Below are positions 1 to 8,271 of a DNA stretch of 20,822 bases, piece by piece. The notes beneath the pieces are model-generated. The model had not been told where the DNA came from. It did not search any database and was given only the letters and a program-made list of their open reading frames with translations. The translations under genes and the position numbers were made by a program. Within the stretch, counting starts at the first letter, position 1, and each line of letters begins with the position of its first letter. The stretch comes from Candidatus Zixiibacteriota bacterium (lineage in GTDB: Bacteria > Zixibacteria > MSB-5A5 > WJJR01): the NCBI GenBank assembly GCA_036170655.1, contig JAVHPP010000015.1, forward strand, positions 1-20,822. Direction: 5' to 3'.

Positions 1-612
1 GCCATTCTGGCGGAGGTTGCTCTGTTCGTTGACGACGCAATGCTGACGCCGGAAGCGGTCGGCTATGGCGCCGGCCATCGTGAAATTGACGACCGTCCCA
101 ATCTTCTTCGCGTCACGTTGGGAGTGGCCCCGGAAGTTTATGACACGGATCGGCTGTGGCTGGCGGCCAGCGATGTTGACAACACGCGACCCGAAGTGTT
201 TGACTGGCTGGCTGATCGTCTCCGCAGTGTCGGGGCGATCGACGTCATGTTCAGTGGTGTGTCTATGAAGAAGGGACGGCGCGGCATCAGGGTGGAAGCA
301 TTGTGTACGAGCGAGTGCCGAGCACGTGTGGCGGAGCTGATCCTTGCAGAAACGGGGTCCTTGGGGGTACGATGGCATCCAGTGACGCGGACCAAGTTGC
401 CGCGTCGCACGGAGATGATCGACACGCCATGGGGACCGATCGCGATCAAGATCGCCTCAGCGCCCACGGGTGAACGGGGGATCCCGGAGTATGAAGACTG
501 CCGGCGCGCGGCGGAAATAAGCGGAGAACCGTTGATTGCGATCATCGATGCAGTGACAGCGTTGTATGTGCAACGTCGCCGTCAGGGCGACTCTTTGCTT
601 GGAGGGGAGTAG
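1..612 (+). CDS. larC: Nickel pincer cofactor biosynthesis protein LarC (nickel insertase), C-terminal part; 5'-truncated by the window edge
   Basis: Frame is open from base 1 (AILAEVALFVDDAMLTP...). LarC/DUF111 motifs: GYGAG..R....PNLLRV, D(V)DN..PE, MKKGR.G, ETGSLGVR, TPWG.I.IK, PEYEDC...A. Stop TAG at 610-612. Confidence 0.9.
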   Translation, partial: AILAEVALFVDDAMLTPEAVGYGAGHREIDDRPNLLRVTLGVAPEVYDTDRLWLAASDVDNTRPEVFDWLADRLRSVGAIDVMFSGVSMKKGRRGIRVEALCTSECRARVAELILAETGSLGVRWHPVTRTKLPRRTEMIDTPWGPIAIKIASAPTGERGIPEYEDCRRAAEISGEPLIAIIDAVTALYVQRRRQGDSLLGGE

Positions 613-615
613 CAC

Positions 616-1602
616 ATGACGGCAACAGGCATCTGGGTTTTTGCACAGCAAAAGAAGGGCGTCATCTCTCACAGCGCGTTTGAACTTCTGGCCGTGGGAC
701 GCCGCTTGGCCGATGAAACTGGCCAAGCGCTGACGGGTGTCCTGTTTGGCGACGGGGTCAAGGATGCTGCCGTAGAACTGACACGGCGGGGCGCCGATCG
801 TGCGATCGTGGCCGACGATCCCAGCCTCGGCGACTTCGTTGATGATCTGTATGCAAATCTGCTTGTGCAATGGGTCAAATCCGAGTCACCGCAGATTTTG
901 CTTGGCACCGCCAGCTTTTATGGCAAAGCGCTCTTCCCCCGTGTGGCGGCCATGCTCGACTGCGGTCTGGTCGCCGATGCTGGCGCGGTGAGCCTGACGG
1001 ATGGCCGGATGACTGCCATCAAGGCCACCTACGGCGGCAAGGCGTTCAGTGAGTACACCTTTTCTGCGAAACGGCCCGTCGTAATCACCATGCGTCCCAA
1101 ATCCTGTCCGGAAGCGCCGGAGAAAAACGGTTCCGGAACTATCCAAACGCGCGAAGTGAGCCGAGACATCGTGGCTTTGACCACGGTGAAAGATTCTGAA
1201 GTGGCCGGGGCCGGCACGGTCAACCTCAATGAAGCCGATATCATCGTATCTGGTGGCCGGGGGCTGAGGTCGCCGGAAAACTATCGGTTGATCGATGAAC
1301 TCGCACAGGTTCTGGGTGCGGCGTCGGGCGCTTCACGGGCGATCGTGGATCCGGGTTGGGTCCCCTATGCCAAGCAGGTGGGGCAAACAGGGAAGACAGT
1401 CAATCCCAAGCTCTACATTGCCTGCGGGATCTCCGGCGCCATTCAACACCTCGTGGGCATGCAGTCATCGCGTGTCATCGTTGCGATCAACAAGGATCCG
1501 GATGCCCCCATTTTCAGCGTTGCCACCTATGGAATCATTGGCGATCTGTTCGAGTACCTTCCCGAAATCACACGCGTCCTGCGCGAAAAGATGGGGCGTT
1601 GA
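616..1602 (+). CDS. etfA: Electron transfer flavoprotein alpha subunit (EtfA/FixB family)
   Basis: FAD-binding motifs ADIIVSGGRGL, ASRA.VD.GW, QVGQTGKTV.P.LYIACGISGAIQH..GM, AINKDPDAPIF..A.YGI.GDL. GGAGGGG RBS lies within the end of larC. Confidence 0.96.
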   Translation: MTATGIWVFAQQKKGVISHSAFELLAVGRRLADETGQALTGVLFGDGVKDAAVELTRRGADRAIVADDPSLGDFVDDLYANLLVQWVKSESPQILLGTASFYGKALFPRVAAMLDCGLVADAGAVSLTDGRMTAIKATYGGKAFSEYTFSAKRPVVITMRPKSCPEAPEKNGSGTIQTREVSRDIVALTTVKDSEVAGAGTVNLNEADIIVSGGRGLRSPENYRLIDELAQVLGAASGASRAIVDPGWVPYAKQVGQTGKTVNPKLYIACGISGAIQHLVGMQSSRVIVAINKDPDAPIFSVATYGIIGDLFEYLPEITRVLREKMGR

Positions 1603-1863
1603 CGACGGGTACCATCGCGGTCGTGATTGTGCAATCCCCACACGGATTCTCCCCATAGCGATCCCGCAACCGTAAGTCGCCCGCTCGTCTGCCGGGACTG
1701 AATGGGCGTCATCCTACGCATCATCCTGCATCATCGCCGCGTCCTGCCGTGAATTAGTCTCATTATCCCTGTGGACCGGTGCCTTTGCGCCGATACATGC
1801 TGAGGGAGATGCAGGGGAGTTTTCCTGCCAACAGGCGAGCCCAACGCGAGACGGGGAGAATTA

Positions 1864-3027
1864 ATGAGCATCTTGCTGGAGATCATTGAGTGGACTGATC
1901 CTTCGGGCGAAGAGATGATCCATCGGATCCCCGAGGAGGGATCGGCGGACCTCAAGTGGGGAGCGCAGTGCATCGTCAGAGAGTCGCAGTCGGCCGTTTT
2001 TTTCCGCGATGGCAAGGCCTGTGATGTGCTGGGGCCGGGACGGCATACGCTGACTTCGCTGAATTTGCCCATTCTCACACGCCTTCTGTCACTGCCGTGG
2101 GGGATGAAATCGCCGTTCCGCTGCGAAGTTTACTTTCTCAACCACAAAGTCTTCACACAACTCCGATGGGGGACGACTCATCCCGTGGCGTTCCGCGACC
2201 GCGAATTGGGTCTGGTCCGGCTGCGCGCGTTCGGGAACTATACGGCCAAGATTGTGGAACCTCTGCTGTTTCTGAACTCGATTGTCGGGCGTCAGGCGAT
2301 CTATACAACCGGTGATATCGCCGATTACCTGCGCGATGTGATCGTCTTCCGTCTGACCGACCTGTTCGGGGAGGAGCTTGGCACGATCTTCGATCTTCCC
2401 CGGCACTATGAAGAGTTGGCATTGGCGGCCAGGGAACGGATCAAGATCGAGTTCGAGAAGTATGGGCTCTCATTGATCGACTTCTACATCACGTCCATTA
2501 CGCCGCCTGAAGAAGTCCAGAAAATGATCGATGCCCGTGGCGGCATGGCCGCGGTGGGAGATCTGAACCGCTTCCTTAAATTTGGCCTGGCGAAGGCATT
2601 TGCCGAATCCGGCGGGAGCTGGCCCGCGGCAGGTGCGGGTGTCGGCATCGGCGCGGGTGTCGGACTGATGGTCCCCGGAATTCTCTCCAAGGCGATCGGG
2701 CCGAATCCCACCGATCTGAAATCGGAATCGCTCCCGACGGTAACCTGTCCCAAGTGCGGCAACGATACGCCCGAGCAATCGCGATTCTGCTACCGTTGCG
2801 GACACCAGATGCTGGCCACCAACCGGTGTCCGGCTTGCGGCATCGATCTGCCGGCCGAGGCGAACTTCTGCATGGTCTGCGGCACCAAGCTCTCTGAGAC
2901 GATTGCCTGCAGCCAGTGTGGTGAGACGCTTCCTCTGGGAACAGGCTTCTGTCCCAAGTGCGGCAACTCGGTGGGTGGTGGCGCCACCGGTGAGAACCCC
3001 CCGCCGGAACCGACTGGGCGCGTATAG
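1864..3027 (+). CDS. SPFH/band-7 domain protein (YdjI-like) with three C-terminal zinc ribbons
   Basis: N-terminus matches YdjI-type SPFH (IVRESQ.AVFFRDGK..D..GPGRHTL...NLP.L...SPF..EVYF.N, WGT..P..FRD...G.VRLRAFG). Gly-rich linker GAGVGIGAGVG, then six CxxC motifs (CPKC/CYRC, CPAC/CMVC, CSQC/CPKC). GGGGAG RBS upstream of the ATG. Confidence 0.88.
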   Translation: MSILLEIIEWTDPSGEEMIHRIPEEGSADLKWGAQCIVRESQSAVFFRDGKACDVLGPGRHTLTSLNLPILTRLLSLPWGMKSPFRCEVYFLNHKVFTQLRWGTTHPVAFRDRELGLVRLRAFGNYTAKIVEPLLFLNSIVGRQAIYTTGDIADYLRDVIVFRLTDLFGEELGTIFDLPRHYEELALAARERIKIEFEKYGLSLIDFYITSITPPEEVQKMIDARGGMAAVGDLNRFLKFGLAKAFAESGGSWPAAGAGVGIGAGVGLMVPGILSKAIGPNPTDLKSESLPTVTCPKCGNDTPEQSRFCYRCGHQMLATNRCPACGIDLPAEANFCMVCGTKLSETIACSQCGETLPLGTGFCPKCGNSVGGGATGENPPPEPTGRV

Positions 3028-3077
3028 ATAAGGGCTGCCGGTACCGCGCCATGGCCGGTGCCGGATGATTGTCTCCC

Positions 3078-4448
3078 ATGCTCACCTGGCGTATGCCATG
3101 TCCTCACTGCAATGGCCCGAATGACGTGGCGATGGAAGGGCGTTGCGTTTCCTGCCAATACTGCGGCGCCGGGCTCTGGGTGAGATTCCCGGATGGTGTT
3201 CCGACTGTCGCTGCGCCATCCCGTACGGGCCGACGGGAGGCGGTTTTCGCCTGGGATCGTTTTCTCAAGAAGCAAAAGCAGCCCTTATCTGAACCCGGAT
3301 GCGACGCACGTCTGGTTTATGTCCCGTTCTGGCGGATCTCTGCACTCGTAGCAATTTACTCTGAGTCACCCGAGGCATGGCAGACGGAGGAGTCTTCGCG
3401 TATTCGGGAAGGTGCCTTCTTCGAGTTCCTCGAATCGCGTCCCGTCGAGACTGTGCCGTCGGATGAGGCAACAAGTGATCCATGGACGATCAAGCCGTGG
3501 GACCTCACTGTGCCTGCTTTCCGCGAAGGACAGTGGGGACTGGAATCACTCGGTGTACGAACCCAGACTGTGGCTTTGAGTGGATGCAGCACTCATCCCA
3601 TGTCGAAACCGGACTGCTGGTGGCGGATCAGCACACGCACCGACTACGCTCTGACACGCCTCACACAGGCCGTCACATCGGTGCTGGTGCAGGGTAGTCG
3701 TCCGAAAAATGCCAACCACCATATTATCGCACCCCAGGTTTCATTGATCTTCTGGCCGGTCTGGCTGCTGTCAGACCATGGCCAAAATGTTGTGCGTTCT
3801 GTGGAGATCGATGGCGTCAGTGGAGATGTGATCCGTCAAACTGGCGCTCCCCCCAGTTTGGAAACAGCGACCCAGGAAGTCGAAGGGGAACCGCCAGCGC
3901 TTCTTCCGCATCGATGCTCAGCGTGCGGCGCTGATCTGCCGGTTGGGGAAAATCTCTATGTCTTCCCCTGTGCGAATTGTCTTCAACTCACAGTGCATGC
4001 GAACCGGGGAGAGCGCCAGACGATCATGTGTGAGTTTGCCGACACTGCCTCGGATGCGGGCGACAAGTGGTTCCCGTTCTGGATGTTTGAGCCGGGACCG
4101 ATACTTGTCCCTGCCTTCCCTATTCGCAACTTCCTTCGCCTCGCTCGCTTTGGCGTCATCATGTCCGGCCAGCCTCGAACCTTCTCCCATCGGGAGATCT
4201 TCCCCGGACATATGGCTGGCGTGTCCCTGTCGGTTGAAGTGGCTGCAGAACTGGCAGGCATCATTGACAACCAGAGGTCCGTGAAGCGGCTGCGCAACGG
4301 CGCGGATACGATTCCCGATCCTTCGGCCGAATCACAGGGATGGATCAATCCCCGTCTGGTCTTTGCTCCCCTCAAGTCTACCGGCGGCGAATTGGTTGAC
4401 CCGCTGACTGGGTGTTGTTTGGCGACATCAGTTCTATCTCCGTCATGA
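3078..4448 (+). CDS. Zinc-finger protein, YdjG-like, with two repeated modules (alternative TTG start at 3069)
   Basis: CPHC..CQYC followed by YVPFW and IFWPVW..IDGVSG; second set CSAC..CANC, WFPFW, LVFAPL..VDPLTG. Lies directly after a YdjI-like gene. Confidence 0.65.
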   Translation: MLTWRMPCPHCNGPNDVAMEGRCVSCQYCGAGLWVRFPDGVPTVAAPSRTGRREAVFAWDRFLKKQKQPLSEPGCDARLVYVPFWRISALVAIYSESPEAWQTEESSRIREGAFFEFLESRPVETVPSDEATSDPWTIKPWDLTVPAFREGQWGLESLGVRTQTVALSGCSTHPMSKPDCWWRISTRTDYALTRLTQAVTSVLVQGSRPKNANHHIIAPQVSLIFWPVWLLSDHGQNVVRSVEIDGVSGDVIRQTGAPPSLETATQEVEGEPPALLPHRCSACGADLPVGENLYVFPCANCLQLTVHANRGERQTIMCEFADTASDAGDKWFPFWMFEPGPILVPAFPIRNFLRLARFGVIMSGQPRTFSHREIFPGHMAGVSLSVEVAAELAGIIDNQRSVKRLRNGADTIPDPSAESQGWINPRLVFAPLKSTGGELVDPLTGCCLATSVLSPS

Positions 4449-4487
4449 TTTCTGGCGATTCGAGCGCCGCGGCTGCATATTGAATGC

Positions 4488-5465
4488 GTGGATCCGTACG
4501 CGACGTCCAACTCAGCCGTACATTCCCAGATCAGCCCCGTAGGCGTTTGCGATCTGGGTACGTTCACCGGCCTGATTCTCGTCATTCGGAAAGTCAGGCG
4601 GCATTGGATCACCCTGCACCAGGAGCGACACACCGTCGATCTGGCGTCTCCTGTATCGACGTCTCGACATCTGAGCGGAGCGGGGTTGCGGCGTTCCCAG
4701 CGTGTCATGGCGAGGTTCGATGAGGTTGCGGGCGCATACGGATGCGAGAAGGCCATGGTCGTGTGCACGGCTGCGGTGCGCGACGCCTCCAATCGTCGCG
4801 ATTTCGTGCTCGGACTGCGGCAGATGACGAGGCGCCCCATCCGGGTCCTGTCGCCACGGGCCGAAGCCAGATTATCTGCCGATGGCGCCACGATTGACCT
4901 TCCTTCAAGTCGTCGCACGATTGTTGTTGATATCGGTGGTGGGTCGACCGAGGTGGTGTTTCGATCTGCCGATCGCACACAATTCTGGCTGACCGATTGG
5001 GGGGCGGCTCGCGCGACTGCTGCCTGGAAAGTCGGCAGGCGTGATGCCCGCGCCCAGTCTGTATCTTCGCTCTGCCGTCTTCAGGCAGAAACGATTATGC
5101 GGCGTCTTCCGGCTGGGGGCCGCGTCGATGCGGCACACCCCTTTCGGGTTTTGGGAGTAGGGGGCACGATCGTGACTTTGGCTGGCATCCGCGCCCGTCT
5201 GGCCCGGTTCAACGCCGAAAGACTGCATGGGATGATCCTTGACTACGACTGGATCGCCAAGATGGCGGACCGGCTCGCATCAATGAGTCGCGGGGAGATC
5301 GCTGCCATGATCCCTTTTGACCCGGCGCGCGCACGCGTTCTGACAGCTGGAACCTTCCTCTGGGCAGCGGTGTTGAACCGCCTGTGTGCCAACCGTGTGA
5401 CCGTCTCGGTGCGAGGCCTGCGCTGGGGGGTGGCCGCACGGCTGGCGGAAGGATTGCCTATCTGA
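4488..5465 (+). CDS. Ppx/GppA family phosphatase (short form, no C-terminal HD domain)
   Basis: ASKHA/Ppx motifs DLGT, TAAVRDASN, EARL, DIGGGSTE, GVGGT..TLA, RARVL.AG, VS.RGLR.G. Start is uncertain (GTG, no clear RBS). Confidence 0.85.
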   Translation: MDPYATSNSAVHSQISPVGVCDLGTFTGLILVIRKVRRHWITLHQERHTVDLASPVSTSRHLSGAGLRRSQRVMARFDEVAGAYGCEKAMVVCTAAVRDASNRRDFVLGLRQMTRRPIRVLSPRAEARLSADGATIDLPSSRRTIVVDIGGGSTEVVFRSADRTQFWLTDWGAARATAAWKVGRRDARAQSVSSLCRLQAETIMRRLPAGGRVDAAHPFRVLGVGGTIVTLAGIRARLARFNAERLHGMILDYDWIAKMADRLASMSRGEIAAMIPFDPARARVLTAGTFLWAAVLNRLCANRVTVSVRGLRWGVAARLAEGLPI

Positions 5466-5501
5466 GTGGCGCCGTGTCTTGCCCGCAGTTCTGGAAAGGG
5501 C

Positions 5502-5530
5502 TTGACACATCCTGCGCACCCGGCGAAATT
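5502..5530 (+). promoter_or_regulatory. Possible sigma70-type promoter for the beta-propeller/PorV cluster
   Basis: Perfect TTGACA at 5502-5507, 17-bp spacer, weak -10 GAAATT at 5525-5530, in intergenic DNA. Confidence 0.35.
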
Positions 5531-5545
5531 CACAGTTTCCAAAGT

Positions 5546-5567
5546 GGTGGTGTCATACAACACCACC
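5546..5567. promoter_or_regulatory. 8-bp perfect inverted repeat (candidate operator or 5'UTR hairpin)
   Basis: GGTGGTGT-catac a-ACACCACC (arms 5546-5553 and 5560-5567, 6-nt loop CATACA), just downstream of the putative promoter. Confidence 0.4.
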
Positions 5568-5618
5568 TGAGAGCGAACCGAAGGACCCTTGACACCCACG
5601 AATCCGGCTGACAACGCT

Positions 5619-8252
5619 ATGCCTCAATCACGTGTGCCCCACATGAGGGGCGTCTTCCTGTGTGCCGTGGCGCTCCTCTACGCGGCGCTGGCTTTATTTG
5701 CCGCCGGTTCCGTCGGTGCCGCTGGTGGATTGCGTCCGCATATACCGTTCCATTGGTCACTCACTCCCGGCAGCCTGTCTACCGATGCCCGCAATGACAC
5801 CGTGCCGGGTTCGAATAACATCGTCGACATTGTCCACAGTGGGGACTATGTGTGGGCGGCGACCGGGCGGGGCCTCAGCCGCTATTCGATCGCGGACAAG
5901 ACCTGGCGCATCTTCGGGAAAGCCGACCAATTGGGTGGCGACGAAATTCCGAGTGTTCAGATTTTCGGCAGCGAAGTTTGGGTTTCCACCTCGCATTCCC
6001 AGGTGATACAGGACCAATCTGTTGCATTTGGCGACGGACTCTTCATGTCCACGAACGGGGGAGACACTTGGGATGACGTTTCTCCCGATTCGGGTCAGGC
6101 ATCGGGACCGTTCATGCTGGCCTATGACATTGGCCGCTTGCGGGCGGCGACGGTGGCCGCCTGTTTTGCCGGCGGGCTGGTGATGACGATTGATGGTGGC
6201 ACGACATGGAAGAATATCTTTCCCGACGTTGCCGCCCAGATAGATTTTCAGCAGCGAAGCTTCTTGGACCTGAACAACCGCTTCTTCGCGCTCGTGGTGG
6301 ATTCCACGGTGCCGGAATCCCTGTCTCTGTTCGCCGGCACGGCAGCAGGGGTCAATAGGTTTGTATACCTCGATTCTACGCTGAAGGTGACGGGTTTCCA
6401 TTTTCGCCATTTGGTCTTGGATGGCAACCAGCTGCTTGCGTCCACCGACCGTGGCCTCTCGCGCACGCCCGACCGTGGCGGATCGTGGCGCACGTTCTAT
6501 CACAGTAATGGTCTTCCCGCCGACCTGGTCAACGCCGCGTTTGCCCACGGTGACACGATTATCATCGGGGCCGATTCCGCCGAGGGGATCGGGGCTGGGC
6601 TGGCTTATTCGTACAATGCCGGCAGGACATGGATCGTCAAGGAACTCGCACAGACTCTGGGCGCAAACCGGCGCGCGGTGTCCGTGGTCTCCGCCGCGGG
6701 CGCATGGTGGGCCGCCTGTGAACAGGGCGGCCTGATTCGTTCCGCTGACAATGGGACCAGTTGGGAGAACATTTTCGCTGACTCCGGGTTGGCGGAGGAT
6801 TTCCGCACAAACAATCCCCCTGCACTGCGCAACCGTGTCAACGCCTTATTGCCAGTGACTGCCGGTGACACGACTGATCTTTATGCTGGCACTGATAATG
6901 GGATCATCGTTTACCGGGTTCCCCGAGGCCAGATGCCTCTCGTAGCGCGCGCCTTTGTGGTCGGCGTTCCCGTGGACAGTCTCGGTCCTCGTGTGATCCG
7001 GCTTGGCTGGCAGCCTCGGCAAGATTCGAGCGCGATTCTCTGGAGTCTCCATCGGCCGTCGCAGGACGGTGACAGCAGCGCTCATTCGGGGTTTGCCGTC
7101 TCGGCGGACACGGCGCGTACCTGGCGTGTTGCGCTGAATACGCTGGCCGGGAATGACGTTGCATTCTTCGGCAGCGCGTTTTACATGGCGACAGATTCCG
7201 GTCTGGCATTCAGCGCCTATCCCCGGATCGATACGGTCGGTTTCCTCACATCGCTCAATTCACGTGTGGGCGATCGTCAGAAGCCACGGATCACGTCGGT
7301 GGCGGTCCAGGTCGTTCCCAATAGTGCGGGTGTGGACAGTCTGGCCGGTATCTGGGTGGCTTCCGATTCCGGCCTTGCCCTGTCTCGCAATGGTGGCAGC
7401 AGTTGGGCTGTGGTATTCTCGAATCCGGATCCGTACGAATTTGATCTTCGATACCAATCGACCTACAGCCCTGTGGATTCTAACGGTGTCTTTCCCTCGC
7501 TGTCGGGCAACTTCATTACCGCCTTGGGCCTGCAGCAATACGCGGGACGCCGCACTATCTGGGCCGCGACCCAGGCAACCGCATCCGGCCAGCGCAACGG
7601 CATTTCACGGTCTGACAACAGCGGGGCCAGTTGGACGGCGCCAATCACCGGCCATAACGTCTGGAACTTCGCCTTCGATGGGGCCGGTGTCTGGGCAGCA
7701 TCATCGCAAGGGCTGCTATTCTCGCCTGATGCTGGGACAACATGGGATACACTGAGAGGTTTCACTGATCCGGTCAGCGGAGCACAGATCGACTCGGCCG
7801 CAGAGATATTTGGTGTCGAGGTCGTTGGCAGCGAAATCTGGATTGGGACAGATAATGGGTTGGCACGACTCGACAAGAGCGATCACCATGTCCTTTCCGT
7901 TCGCCGCACGTTCGCGTCTGTCGATTCGGTTGATGCCACCATCCACGCGGGCCAAGGAGGAGTTTACGCCACGCCCGTGCCTTTTTCGCCGCATTTCCAC
8001 GATGGGGTCCGTTTCCATTTCGTACCGCCCGTTGCAGGGAAGGTGACAATTACAATCTATGATTTTGCCAACAACGTGGTCAGGGTCCTCAACGGCGATC
8101 GTGACCTCCCGGCCGGTGTTCAGTCTGACGAGAGCGTGGTCTGGGATGGAAAGAACGGGAAAGGCGCCACGGTGGCGGTTGGCACTTACTTTTTCATCAT
8201 CGAATACGCGAACGGGGCAACGCACTGGGGAAAACTGGCGGTGATTCCCTGA
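5619..8252 (+). CDS. Secreted Asp-box (BNR) beta-propeller protein with a C-terminal FlgD-Ig / T9SS type-A-like sorting domain (start could be 5589, 5619 or 5643)
   Basis: Signal peptide MRGVFLCAVALLYAALALFAAGSVGA. Nine Asp-box-like motifs: STNGGDTW, TIDGGTTW, PDRGGSW, SYNAGRTW, SADNGTSW, SADTARTW, SRNGGSSW, SDNSGASW, SPDAGTTW. CTD at about 7956-8252: YATPVPFSP...VTITIYD.....VR.L...WDGKN..G..VA.GTYF...GKLAVIP. Confidence 0.85.
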   Translation: MPQSRVPHMRGVFLCAVALLYAALALFAAGSVGAAGGLRPHIPFHWSLTPGSLSTDARNDTVPGSNNIVDIVHSGDYVWAATGRGLSRYSIADKTWRIFGKADQLGGDEIPSVQIFGSEVWVSTSHSQVIQDQSVAFGDGLFMSTNGGDTWDDVSPDSGQASGPFMLAYDIGRLRAATVAACFAGGLVMTIDGGTTWKNIFPDVAAQIDFQQRSFLDLNNRFFALVVDSTVPESLSLFAGTAAGVNRFVYLDSTLKVTGFHFRHLVLDGNQLLASTDRGLSRTPDRGGSWRTFYHSNGLPADLVNAAFAHGDTIIIGADSAEGIGAGLAYSYNAGRTWIVKELAQTLGANRRAVSVVSAAGAWWAACEQGGLIRSADNGTSWENIFADSGLAEDFRTNNPPALRNRVNALLPVTAGDTTDLYAGTDNGIIVYRVPRGQMPLVARAFVVGVPVDSLGPRVIRLGWQPRQDSSAILWSLHRPSQDGDSSAHSGFAVSADTARTWRVALNTLAGNDVAFFGSAFYMATDSGLAFSAYPRIDTVGFLTSLNSRVGDRQKPRITSVAVQVVPNSAGVDSLAGIWVASDSGLALSRNGGSSWAVVFSNPDPYEFDLRYQSTYSPVDSNGVFPSLSGNFITALGLQQYAGRRTIWAATQATASGQRNGISRSDNSGASWTAPITGHNVWNFAFDGAGVWAASSQGLLFSPDAGTTWDTLRGFTDPVSGAQIDSAAEIFGVEVVGSEIWIGTDNGLARLDKSDHHVLSVRRTFASVDSVDATIHAGQGGVYATPVPFSPHFHDGVRFHFVPPVAGKVTITIYDFANNVVRVLNGDRDLPAGVQSDESVVWDGKNGKGATVAVGTYFFIIEYANGATHWGKLAVIP

Positions 8253-8271
8253 GCGGGGAGTGTAAAACAGC

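Noticed and set aside
1706..1737. Short imperfect CATCATC repeats in the etfA-SPFH intergenic region
   Set aside because: Only 2-3 degenerate short units with no spacer structure; not a CRISPR array or a convincing regulatory repeat.
3983..4978. Long minus-strand ORF of 331 aa (and similar ones at 5757-6548, 8197-8949, 9621-10361)
   Set aside because: They lie antisense to well-supported + strand genes, show no recognisable motifs, and are expected shadow ORFs in GC-rich DNA.
5545..5620. TPP-riboswitch-like words (CTGAGAG...ACCCTTGA) upstream of the beta-propeller gene
   Set aside because: The conserved ACCUGAU and downstream GCGNAGG elements are absent, and the downstream gene is unrelated to thiamine. 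An Infernal search with RF00059 would settle it.
5619..8252. Calling the beta-propeller a sialidase, xyloglucanase or PorZ orthologue
   Set aside because: Asp-boxes are structural and shared by many families. I could not identify a sialidase RIP motif or GH74 catalytic residues, and PorZ orthology needs a profile search.
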